A DNA stretch of 64,000 nt from Parachlamydiales bacterium. Its GTDB lineage: Bacteria > Chlamydiota > Chlamydiia > Chlamydiales > JAJFMK01. The DNA is taken from NCBI GenBank assembly GCA_963704365.1, contig OY969899.1, forward strand, positions 88,121-152,120. Direction: 5' to 3'. Both the position numbers and the translations under genes were made by a program. Below are positions 17,679-25,792 of this stretch, piece after piece. The stretch's first letter is position 1. The number at the start of each line of letters is the position of its first letter. Under the pieces are notes generated by a model that ran no database searches, had not been told where the DNA came from, and saw only the letters and a program-made list of their open reading frames with translations.

Positions 17679-18554
17679 ATGTTCGACGACACTAGCAATT
17701 TAGGGGTTTCATTCAACGCCCAACCTCCACCCATTAAACAAGACGACAGAACTGTCAACCAGCCCCGAAAAGAGACAAGGGAAGATAGTAAATTTAAAAG
17801 GCTTTTAAAGACCGATCAGCGAGAAGACCTGGAAGGGGAAGAGGAAGTGGCTGCTGCTTCCCAAGCTGCTGGCGGCGGTGCACCTGTGAATAGGGCTAAA
17901 CCAAAAACTAGTTTTTCTTTAGATTACGCTCTAGAAGATACAGGAAAAGATGATCTTCTTGCCCTTATCAATACTGTCGAGGATAAATCGAAACTAGGTT
18001 CGGGTACAGCTTCTACTAGTACAACAGGTGCTTTTGCAGCCGGGTCAGATGGTAAAAATATTGCCATTGGTGGTGTAGAAGGGGCAGATGGGGGCGATGC
18101 TGGGGGATCTGGCGCTGTTAAAGATGCCGAAGCTTCAAGACGTACCGAAATGTGGCAAATGATTGAAAAACTGGTTGATACGATTACAGCAATGAAAAGC
18201 GATGGAAAGACAGAAACAACCATCACTTTGAATGAGCCACGCCTTTTCCAAGGTGCTGTGATCAAAATCGATGAGTATGACCAAGCCAAAGGGCAATTCA
18301 ATATTGCTTTCCAAAACTTGTCTCCTGACGCAAAAGCGATGCTTGATATGCAGGTAAACAAAGATGGGCTCAAAAAAGCCCTCGAGGACCGTGGTTATAT
18401 GTTGCATATCATGACAACAAGTCTTGAACTCGATAAACCAAAAGCTCCGGACGCTCAAAGCCAACCCTTTTTCCAACAAAGGCAACAAGGCCAACAACAA
18501 GGTCAGCAGCAACAAAAAAGGGAACAGCCACAGCAAGAAGAAGACGACTTCTAA
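17679..18554 (+). CDS. sctP: T3SS needle-length/substrate-switch protein SctP/CdsP
   Basis: The N-terminal half is disordered and G/A/D-rich. The C-terminal part is T3S4-like (TETTITLNEPRLFQGAVIKIDEYDQAKGQFNIAFQNLSPDAKAMLD), followed by a Q-rich tail. CT671 position. Confidence 0.7.
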   Translation: MFDDTSNLGVSFNAQPPPIKQDDRTVNQPRKETREDSKFKRLLKTDQREDLEGEEEVAAASQAAGGGAPVNRAKPKTSFSLDYALEDTGKDDLLALINTVEDKSKLGSGTASTSTTGAFAAGSDGKNIAIGGVEGADGGDAGGSGAVKDAEASRRTEMWQMIEKLVDTITAMKSDGKTETTITLNEPRLFQGAVIKIDEYDQAKGQFNIAFQNLSPDAKAMLDMQVNKDGLKKALEDRGYMLHIMTTSLELDKPKAPDAQSQPFFQQRQQGQQQGQQQQKREQPQQEEDDF

Positions 18555-18642
18555 ATGCGCAACGCGTTTGGAGCGCTAAAGGGCCTTGTTGCATAAGTCC
18601 TCATTACCTAGCATTTTTATAGAATGCTCTTAGAAAAGAAAG

Positions 18643-18869
18643 AGACCGAAGGTCTTAAATTGCAACAGCCCGTGGGCAACGCCCCATAAGCGCTAACCTA
18701 AGAAAAGGTATCTTTTTTAGGTCCTGATTGATTTTAATGAAGTGATTTCAACAAAATTCGATTTGCAAAAATACCGTTATAAGCAGCCTGAAAGGCTGAA
18801 ACTGCAACAGCCCATGGCAACGCCATGGGTCAAGATTCGAAAATAAATTTGGCAGTCTGAAGGACTGCG
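18643..18869. repeat. Left inverted REP array of the RAYT module
   Basis: It contains the hairpins agacCGAAGgtct (18643-18655), cagccTGAAAggctg (18784-18798), cccatggc-aac-gccatggg and gcagtcTGAAGgactgc (18852-18868). The unit tgcaacagccc(g/a)tgg is repeated. Confidence 0.85.
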
Positions 18870-18880
18870 AGAGGCCAAAA

Positions 18881-19333
18881 ATGTCACAATCTCTTTCCTG
18901 CATTCTTGTTCACATCATATTTAGCACAAAAATGCGCCGACCTTTTATCCACTCTAAAATTCAGCAAGACCTTTACAGTTATATGGCTGGTACTGCCAAA
19001 GCGCTGGATTGTTATGTGCATAAAATTGGAGGTGTTGAAGACCACGTCCATCTTCTGCTTTCTCTTCCACGAACTTTGACCTTAAGCAAACTCATCGAAG
19101 AGGTTAAGAAAGGATCCTCCAAATGGGTGAAAACTAAAGGAGAAGCTTACAAAGATTTTAGCTGGCAAAAGGGGTATGGAGCTTTTTCTATTGGCCAATC
19201 GAATTTCGGAGCCCTACAAAAATATATTGAAAACCAGGCTGAGCATCATAAGAAGGTGTCTTTTCAAGATGAGTTTCATGTCTTTCTAAAAAAATATGGG
19301 ATAGAATACGACGAAAATTATCTGTGGGAGTAG
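18881..19333 (+). CDS. tnpA: IS200/IS605-family Y1 transposase, REP-associated (RAYT-like)
   Basis: A 150-aa protein with an HUH motif (EDHVHLLLSLP) and a C-terminal catalytic Tyr region (GALQKYIENQAEHHKK). It has the typical COG1943-like sequence ILVHIIFSTKMRRPFI...WQKGYGAFSI. Confidence 0.9.
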   Translation: MSQSLSCILVHIIFSTKMRRPFIHSKIQQDLYSYMAGTAKALDCYVHKIGGVEDHVHLLLSLPRTLTLSKLIEEVKKGSSKWVKTKGEAYKDFSWQKGYGAFSIGQSNFGALQKYIENQAEHHKKVSFQDEFHVFLKKYGIEYDENYLWE

Positions 19334-19346
19334 CCGATCTCAAAGT

Positions 19347-19573
19347 CGCAGTCCTTCAGACTGCCAAATTTATTTTTGAATCTTGACCCATGGCGTTGCC
19401 ATGGGCTGTTGCAGTTTCAGCCTTTCAGGCTGCTTATAACGGTATTTTTGCAAATCGAATTTTTGTTGAAATCACTTCATTAAAATCAATCAGGACCTAA
19501 AAAAGACACCTTTTCTTAAGTTAGCGCTTATGGGCGCTGCCCACGGGCTGTTGCAATTTAAGACCTTCGGTCT
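19347..19573. repeat. Right inverted REP array of the RAYT module
   Basis: Reverse complement of 18643-18869. Confidence 0.85.
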
Positions 19574-19763
19574 ATTATTCAAGCGGAGCATTTCATCATG
19601 AAGATTCTCTCGCGATCTCACAGTCTGAGGTAGCTAATTATGCAACAAGGCCGTGCTAAAGTTCTCTTTAGCTTTCATATACTTCATGATCTTTATCTAT
19701 ATTGCGCGTCAAGTTAAACAAGTAGGTTTTGAGTTAACGAATGGAACGTGATATAAAGAGGGA

Positions 19764-20936
19764 ATGATAATAGAGACGCAACCAGGCCCCTCTCCCTTGG
19801 CCCCTTTTCCGTGGAACTGGCTCGAAGAGTTGGATCCTGTCTTTCTAGATCTTGAAGGGATTCCCTTAAGCTCTTCCCCGAAAGGGTTTTCTTTAGAAAA
19901 TTTTGAGAAGAAATTAAATGAGAAATTGAAGATTCAAGGTGTTGTCGAAATCCTTGATCCTATTCCGTTTGAAGCAAAGAATGGAGGGGATAAAGCTGTT
20001 TCCTTTTCCCTACCTGGTATGCCAGGTAGCTTTGCTCTTGTCATTCCAAGGGCAGAACTTGAAGAACTTCTACTTTTTCTATTGGGTGGCAAACGGGGAG
20101 GAGTTGTATCTGACGAGTACCTCGATCCTTTCTGGCGTTTCCTTGTCGATACGATCAAAAATAGCTTTGCCGAGAGTTTTACCGAATCCAGAGCCCTGAA
20201 CTTACAGCAGGGGGGTGAAGAGATTCCCTCTCCTCCAGCCCTTCAATTTCCACTAGAATTTTCGATAGGGGATGAAACTTTTTCTGCCGCACTTGTGACA
20301 AGCGATCAGTTTATCAAAGAGTGGCGTAAAAGTGGCCTTAAAAGCATTCGCAGGGGTCGTCTTGCCGATTTACTAAAAGCCAGAATCGAGATCCCGATTG
20401 ATGTAGTCATTGGGGGGATCGAGCTTCCAAAAAGCGACTGGAAAACGATCGAAGAGGGTGATACCTTACTTTTAGATCATCTTACATATGATCCTGGTGC
20501 CGAAAAAGGAGACGCTATTTTCTTTTTCGGAGAGCATCCACTTTTCAGAATAAAAGCAAAAACAGGGGCCATCAAAATCATTGAGCAGGCCAGGGGAGTA
20601 AAGATTTTTATGCCACTTGAACCAACGCAGCCCGTGCCTGAAAAAGTGCCAGAAGAGGAAATTGAGCCAGTGCCAGAGGGGATGCCCTCAGTTCCTAAGG
20701 AAGATAGAGGTGCACCTGTGCCATTACACGATTTGCCTTTGCAAATCCGTATCGAGATGGGTCGATTTAAACTGCCTCTAAATCAAGTTTTGGAGTTGCA
20801 GGAAGGGAATATTTTGAAAGTGGATGTTGATCCGCGGAAAGGTGTTGACCTTGTCGTCGAAGGAAAAGTCATCGGACGGGGAGAGCTTGTAAAAATAGGC
20901 GATCTCGTTGGTGTGAGGATCACAGACCTGAAGTAA
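19764..20936 (+). CDS. sctQ: T3SS cytoplasmic sorting-platform protein SctQ/CdsQ
   Basis: C-terminal SpoA/FliN domain (LPLQIRIEMGRFKLPLNQVLELQEGNILKVDVDPRKGVDLVVEGKVIGRGELVKIGDLVGVRITDL). CT672 position. Confidence 0.85.
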   Translation: MIIETQPGPSPLAPFPWNWLEELDPVFLDLEGIPLSSSPKGFSLENFEKKLNEKLKIQGVVEILDPIPFEAKNGGDKAVSFSLPGMPGSFALVIPRAELEELLLFLLGGKRGGVVSDEYLDPFWRFLVDTIKNSFAESFTESRALNLQQGGEEIPSPPALQFPLEFSIGDETFSAALVTSDQFIKEWRKSGLKSIRRGRLADLLKARIEIPIDVVIGGIELPKSDWKTIEEGDTLLLDHLTYDPGAEKGDAIFFFGEHPLFRIKAKTGAIKIIEQARGVKIFMPLEPTQPVPEKVPEEEIEPVPEGMPSVPKEDRGAPVPLHDLPLQIRIEMGRFKLPLNQVLELQEGNILKVDVDPRKGVDLVVEGKVIGRGELVKIGDLVGVRITDLK

Positions 20937-20940
20937 TGGT

Positions 20941-22407
20941 ATGGAAAAGCTTCCTCAAAAGGTAGGGCCATTTCCGATTGAGGCCCTCCTCGATCGGGGT
21001 GGTATGTCCACGCTTTATCTAGCTCAACACCCCGAGACAAAAGAGACGATTGTCATCAAAGTTTTAGATGAAAAGTTTCTGGAGCGCAAAGAGGTTCTAG
21101 ACCGTTTTTTACACGAGTGTGTTCTGCTTCGTGAGTTAAATCACCCTGGTATTGTTCGTGCGATAGATGCCGGACAGTGGGAGGGGGGATACTATCTAGC
21201 ATTAGAATATGTTCAGGGTGTCTCTCTCAGAAAATGGATCCAGCAGACCCCTATCAGCCTTCCAAGGGCTTTGCAAATCATCCTTCAAATTGCAAAGGCC
21301 GTCTGTCATTTGCACACGCACGGTATTATCCACCGCGATTTAAAACCAGAAAATCTCCTTCTCTCGGAAGATGGAACCGTGAAACTGATCGACTTGGGGA
21401 TAGCCCACCGAATTGATGAGGAAAAGGACAGCGACGACGCTGCGCGGTTTATCGGTACCCCTAGTTACATGAGTCCAGAGCAGCAAAGTGATCCAACAAA
21501 TGTCTCTTTCCCGTCAGACATTTTTTCCCTAGGGATTATCGCCTACGAACTTATTTTAGGAAGGCTTTCGCATGGCCACATCCATCTCACATTGATGCCT
21601 AAAGGATTTGGGAAAATTTTATCTAAGGCCCTTCAGCCGAGGGCAGAAGAGCGATACCAAGATTTAGTCGATTTCATTACCGATGTTGTTGATTATCAGA
21701 CAAAAGTGCTAGAAAGCCCTTCTAAGGAAGGGTTGTCTCCCCTTGCTCTTGCGCTGGAAGGGCTAGATAAGGGGTTAGAAGATTTATCTCCTAAAGTCCC
21801 TCCCAAGCTTGACCACGCTGAGGTGGTTTGGTCAAGTCATCGGGGGGTGATTTCAGTCCCCTTTGTCTTTGATCTGATTCCTCAGAAAGGAGGGGCCCTT
21901 TTTTTCTTCGGAGAGTCTGGTAGTTTTGGCCCAAGAGGGGCCCTAGAAGCGGCCCTATTGCGAGGAATTGAGCTTGGCCTAGTTGGTAGCCTCCAAGAGC
22001 GGGGAGAGCGCTTGAAGAGCCTTGTGGAGAATGACCCCAGCGCCCCCCTATACAAAAGCGCCTATCTTGAAATTCAAGGAAATCACTTCACCTTCCTCTC
22101 CTTTGGTACCCCCATGTTAGTCAGGATTAAGGAGGGGGGAAGTAGAGAGACATTTGGAGGGGGTGCTCCTGCCCTTGGAGTTATCACCCCTGGGAAACTC
22201 CCTGTTGTCCATGGGGAATGGTCTAGAGGAGATTTTCTCCTTTTTGATCCCTCCGGCCTATTAGATACGTTACTCGATCAATTTCCCCCTTTAGCAACGG
22301 ACCCCAAAAGGTGGCTTAATTTGGTTGAAAGTCGATTTAAGAGTCTTTCACCCAGTCGCCTAGAAGGCCGCTCCTCGTTCTTCATCTTATTTATCAACAT
22401 CCTGTAG
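20941..22407 (+). CDS. pkn5: Ser/Thr protein kinase Pkn5 with C-terminal SpoIIE/PP2C-like domain
   Basis: Hanks kinase motifs are present: VIKVL (Lys), HRDLKPENLL, DLG, GTPSYMSPE. The C-terminal ~180 aa resemble a SpoIIE phosphatase fold (see finding). CT673 position. Confidence 0.85.
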   Translation: MEKLPQKVGPFPIEALLDRGGMSTLYLAQHPETKETIVIKVLDEKFLERKEVLDRFLHECVLLRELNHPGIVRAIDAGQWEGGYYLALEYVQGVSLRKWIQQTPISLPRALQIILQIAKAVCHLHTHGIIHRDLKPENLLLSEDGTVKLIDLGIAHRIDEEKDSDDAARFIGTPSYMSPEQQSDPTNVSFPSDIFSLGIIAYELILGRLSHGHIHLTLMPKGFGKILSKALQPRAEERYQDLVDFITDVVDYQTKVLESPSKEGLSPLALALEGLDKGLEDLSPKVPPKLDHAEVVWSSHRGVISVPFVFDLIPQKGGALFFFGESGSFGPRGALEAALLRGIELGLVGSLQERGERLKSLVENDPSAPLYKSAYLEIQGNHFTFLSFGTPMLVRIKEGGSRETFGGGAPALGVITPGKLPVVHGEWSRGDFLLFDPSGLLDTLLDQFPPLATDPKRWLNLVESRFKSLSPSRLEGRSSFFILFINIL

Positions 22408-22441
22408 GCCAGCTCGCGGGCTGCAGAGGCGAACTAACGAT

Positions 22442-22496
22442 AAAAGTCCCCCATCGGCGTATGCAAGCCAATATACAGCCGATGGGGGACTTTTTC
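22442..22496 (+). terminator. Strong stem-loop terminator after pkn5
   Basis: aaaagtcccccatcggc (22442-22458) pairs perfectly with gccgatgggggactttt (22479-22495). That gives a 17-bp stem, and the T-run continues into tttttcg. Confidence 0.7.
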
Positions 22497-22687
22497 GTTA
22501 TTTCATCCTCTTCGCCGCGCTCGGGCGCCCAACCAGTCACTTATTCTCAAGCGCTAAAGCGAAATAGAGGGAATTTATCGTTTAATTTTCTTTATCAACT
22601 GAAGTTTAGTTGTTTAAACTATTTTAATTTTAATTTTTTATCTCTTTATGTAGATCGTGTAGTGTGAAGTTTGTAAGGAGAGGTCCT

Positions 22688-23158
22688 ATGAGCGTCCCGC
22701 CAAAAAAAGAAGTTTTTGCTGTTGAAAAGATTTTAGGGGATATTAGGCACCTATTATTAGAACTAAATGTCCATAAAGACGATAAATTAAAGGATAATCC
22801 TCCTAATAAAGAGGAGATTCTTGCCCGTTTTCAAGCTCTTCAGGCTGCAATTAGCCGTTTTAGAAAGTTTAATTCCGAATTCTTCGAGAGAAGTGGCCTC
22901 ACAGAGCGGGAATTAGTCGATAATATGAATAGGCTTCCCAAAGGGAGTGAAGCAGAACGGATTTTAGGGATATCCAATCAGCTTAAAATTGATTTACTCC
23001 TCTCTTATGCCTCCTTCTTTAGAAAAGTATACGAAAAAAGCATTAGAAGCCCTCTTTTTGACCAAGGAAGCAACATAGTTTCGAAAGAATCGCAGAAAAA
23101 GGCCGTTAAACAGAAGTTTAAGACAATGAGTCAACGATCTAAGTGGAAGAAGATGTAG
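22688..23158 (+). CDS. Hypothetical basic helical protein upstream of the N/Q/S/T-rich cassette
   Basis: AAGGAGAGG lies 7 nt before the ATG at 22688, so the ORF-track GTG at 22664 is less likely. No family recognised. Confidence 0.6.
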   Translation: MSVPPKKEVFAVEKILGDIRHLLLELNVHKDDKLKDNPPNKEEILARFQALQAAISRFRKFNSEFFERSGLTERELVDNMNRLPKGSEAERILGISNQLKIDLLLSYASFFRKVYEKSIRSPLFDQGSNIVSKESQKKAVKQKFKTMSQRSKWKKM

Positions 23159-23236
23159 GATGATAAAAAAATTAATAATTACTAGTGCTATAATAACTAT
23201 AGGGGTGAGGAGTGCTCCTCATTTCTTGGAGGCTTG

Positions 23237-25774
23237 ATGGTTCAAGTACCTGATGTAAACAATTCAAACAGCTTCTACCTGGGTACCCCTGTGCTTGCTA
23301 ATGGGCAAGCTGCAAGTAGTCCTTCGCTTGCAGATAATCTGTACCAAAACTTCATTTCTGCCGATTCGCTGAATAGTGGTGTTGTTGCAACCGCAAAAGA
23401 TGCAGCTCAAAACGCCCCCATTGCTGCAAGTAAGTATCAAGCTAGTGTGCAGGCTGCGATCGACGCTTTTATTGCAAGTCTTCTGAACGGAACTAAAGGT
23501 AACGTTAACCTCATCTTAAACGTCTTAAATAGTTCAATCGGATCAGCAGGGGTACCTAACTCCACTGCTATTGATAATCAATATGATGCTGACGCTGCAT
23601 TAGTGGCACAGGCTGCTAATCAGGTCAATGGATACAACGATTATGTTGCAACTTTTAGTGAACAGAGTAACTCAGGAATTGTCTCTGCCATTACGAATAT
23701 TGTTACCGAAATTAACAGTATCAATGATGATTTCCAATCATTTGGGTCCAGTCACCAACCTGTTGATGTCTTAATTTCAGGTTATTTAGCTCAATATAAC
23801 ACCGATATAGCTAACGCAGATTATACGGCTGCTAATACGGATATGCAAAATGCTATAGCCGTCTATACCAGCATAAGTGGTCTTGGCGGCCTTATAGGAA
23901 ATGCAATATATGGTTTTAATTCTGCAGTATACGATTATTATGTAAGTAACCCACCTGATTCAGGTTATTCTCAGGCTGCATGGAATGCGGCACAGGCTGC
24001 CATTACAGCAAGAAATAATGACGAAAGTCTGGTCCCATTTTACGGTACATTAGCTAATTTACCACCGTTTCAGGGGCTTTCTTCGATCCCATCATTCACT
24101 GCAGCAACACCAAATGTTTCTAGTTTTGGATTTCCCTCTACTGTGGATGCAAATACTAACAATACAGCTGTTCAGGCTTCGTTCGAATCTATGATTCAAA
24201 CTTCTATTGCTATTGAGAATGATTTTTCTTCTATCAATTCAGCTACTAACTCAAGTGTAAGCGTCATCACGAATCCTACAACCTTACAAATACCAACAAT
24301 GCCAACACCTGCTCAGTACTTCGATAACGTCACACAGCAGATTGCTATTTTTTTTACTGCATCGACATTCCAGGCACTTTTAGGTTTATTGGGAGTTCAA
24401 AATAACGCCTCAGCACAAGCGCTGACAGCCGCCCTTCTTTCAACTGATAAAGGGTCTGCAACTATCTTATTAACAAACCCATCAGGGGGAGCAGTAACTG
24501 GTGCTACCCTCAGTTCGGTTGCCAATAGTGCTTTTGTTCAAGCTTATGCTGACGCTCTTGCTAAAGAGCTTTTGCGAGAAGCACAAACTGGCGAAACCTA
24601 CCAAACTCCTGCGGGAATTAGACCTACCAATACCCAAGCCTCTGACCCAAATGCTCTCCCTTCCGGAATTACAGGGGCTAATGCGGCTCTGGAAACGGCT
24701 CCTGCAGATCCTGGAACTTCAACAGGTGTCGGTATCCTTGGAAATCTTCCTGCTTTAACGAGCGATTTTGCTGCGTTGCTTGGGCAATTTTCGGTCCTAG
24801 CTGCTATCAACGTCCTACAAAGTGATTCAACAGTTTCGACCCAAGATACCCAGACTGTACAGTCAGAATTTCTGGTTGCTGTCTCTAACTTTATCAGTAA
24901 TTTTTCGACAACTGACCTGGATAATAGAATCACAGCCCTTTTACAAGCTCAGGGTGTGACTGTTTCTCAAGCCGATTTAGATGCAATTAACAAAACAGCT
25001 AATCAATTTTTAACATCCCTTCAAGGTGCTATTGCTAATAATGTATCGGGTCAAATCAATCTTGCAACTTCGGCGATTGGGGCTCAGGTTGCTTCTCAAT
25101 ATGTTCAGTCTACCTTCCAAGAAGCAAAGCAAACACAGTTAAATCAACAACAACAGCAAGCGGCCGAACAAAATAGCGACCAACAACTTCAAACTCTATT
25201 GGCTAATTTACCACAGAGTGCTTATTTATCTGGCCCAGCAGGGTTGGCACAACAAGCTGAAGCCAATGGAGGGGCCGGACAGAATGGGTCGTTAGGCCTT
25301 GCTTTAGCAGGTGTCTTGCCGAAAGATGCTAACGGGAATTTCGAGTCGGTAACCCCTACACAGCTCTACAACAGTCTTGTAGCGATTCAAGGTCAGCCCA
25401 CAGGTTCAGCTACCTTTTTCCAATTTATCCAAAACGAACCTTCATACCAGTTAGATGAGATCACCTCTTCTAATGCAAATCGTTCAAGTGCAGGTAAGTT
25501 GAATGCACGGCTACAGGTGAATCAACAAACTACTCTTGCAGCAACAGCTAATAAAAACTATGCCAATAGTTTAGCCCAACTTAACTCCCAATTTGATGCA
25601 GAAGCCTCTACGAATCAGACACAAGCTAGTTTAATTACAAATCCCACATTATCTGCCTATTATGAAAAAAAACTTTTACCAGGCAAAACTTTATTAAATA
25701 TCGGGTTGCAAACAAGTACGTCCCAGTTTGCAAACACCCCATCAGCAAAAAACACAACACTGTTTCCGGTGTAG
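23237..25774 (+). CDS. Cysteine-free N/Q/S/T/A-rich protein 1 (845 aa); candidate secreted or extracellular structural protein
   Basis: GGAGG precedes the ATG at 23237. It has no Cys, very few charged residues, a polar N-terminus and Q-rich helical segments (QLNQQQQQAAEQNSDQQLQTLL). Confidence 0.7.
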   Translation: MVQVPDVNNSNSFYLGTPVLANGQAASSPSLADNLYQNFISADSLNSGVVATAKDAAQNAPIAASKYQASVQAAIDAFIASLLNGTKGNVNLILNVLNSSIGSAGVPNSTAIDNQYDADAALVAQAANQVNGYNDYVATFSEQSNSGIVSAITNIVTEINSINDDFQSFGSSHQPVDVLISGYLAQYNTDIANADYTAANTDMQNAIAVYTSISGLGGLIGNAIYGFNSAVYDYYVSNPPDSGYSQAAWNAAQAAITARNNDESLVPFYGTLANLPPFQGLSSIPSFTAATPNVSSFGFPSTVDANTNNTAVQASFESMIQTSIAIENDFSSINSATNSSVSVITNPTTLQIPTMPTPAQYFDNVTQQIAIFFTASTFQALLGLLGVQNNASAQALTAALLSTDKGSATILLTNPSGGAVTGATLSSVANSAFVQAYADALAKELLREAQTGETYQTPAGIRPTNTQASDPNALPSGITGANAALETAPADPGTSTGVGILGNLPALTSDFAALLGQFSVLAAINVLQSDSTVSTQDTQTVQSEFLVAVSNFISNFSTTDLDNRITALLQAQGVTVSQADLDAINKTANQFLTSLQGAIANNVSGQINLATSAIGAQVASQYVQSTFQEAKQTQLNQQQQQAAEQNSDQQLQTLLANLPQSAYLSGPAGLAQQAEANGGAGQNGSLGLALAGVLPKDANGNFESVTPTQLYNSLVAIQGQPTGSATFFQFIQNEPSYQLDEITSSNANRSSAGKLNARLQVNQQTTLAATANKNYANSLAQLNSQFDAEASTNQTQASLITNPTLSAYYEKKLLPGKTLLNIGLQTSTSQFANTPSAKNTTLFPV

Positions 25775-25792
25775 TGCAGGAAGGAGGAGACC

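Larger units (their letters stand above)
18643..19573 (+). mobile_element. REP-RAYT module: Y1 (HUH) transposase gene flanked by 227-bp inverted REP arrays, inserted between sctP and sctQ
   Basis: 18643-18869 is the reverse complement of 19347-19573, with a few mismatches and one 1-nt indel. The tnpA ORF lies 11 and 13 bp from the two arms. Weaker complementarity extends outward to ~18565 and ~19660. Confidence 0.85.

Noticed and set aside
18643-19573. Classical IS200/IS605 insertion sequence
   Set aside because: IS200/IS605 elements have asymmetric left and right ends with subterminal hairpins and no long inverted repeats. The symmetric 227-bp inverted hairpin arrays fit the REP-RAYT organisation better, so the element is called RAYT-like.
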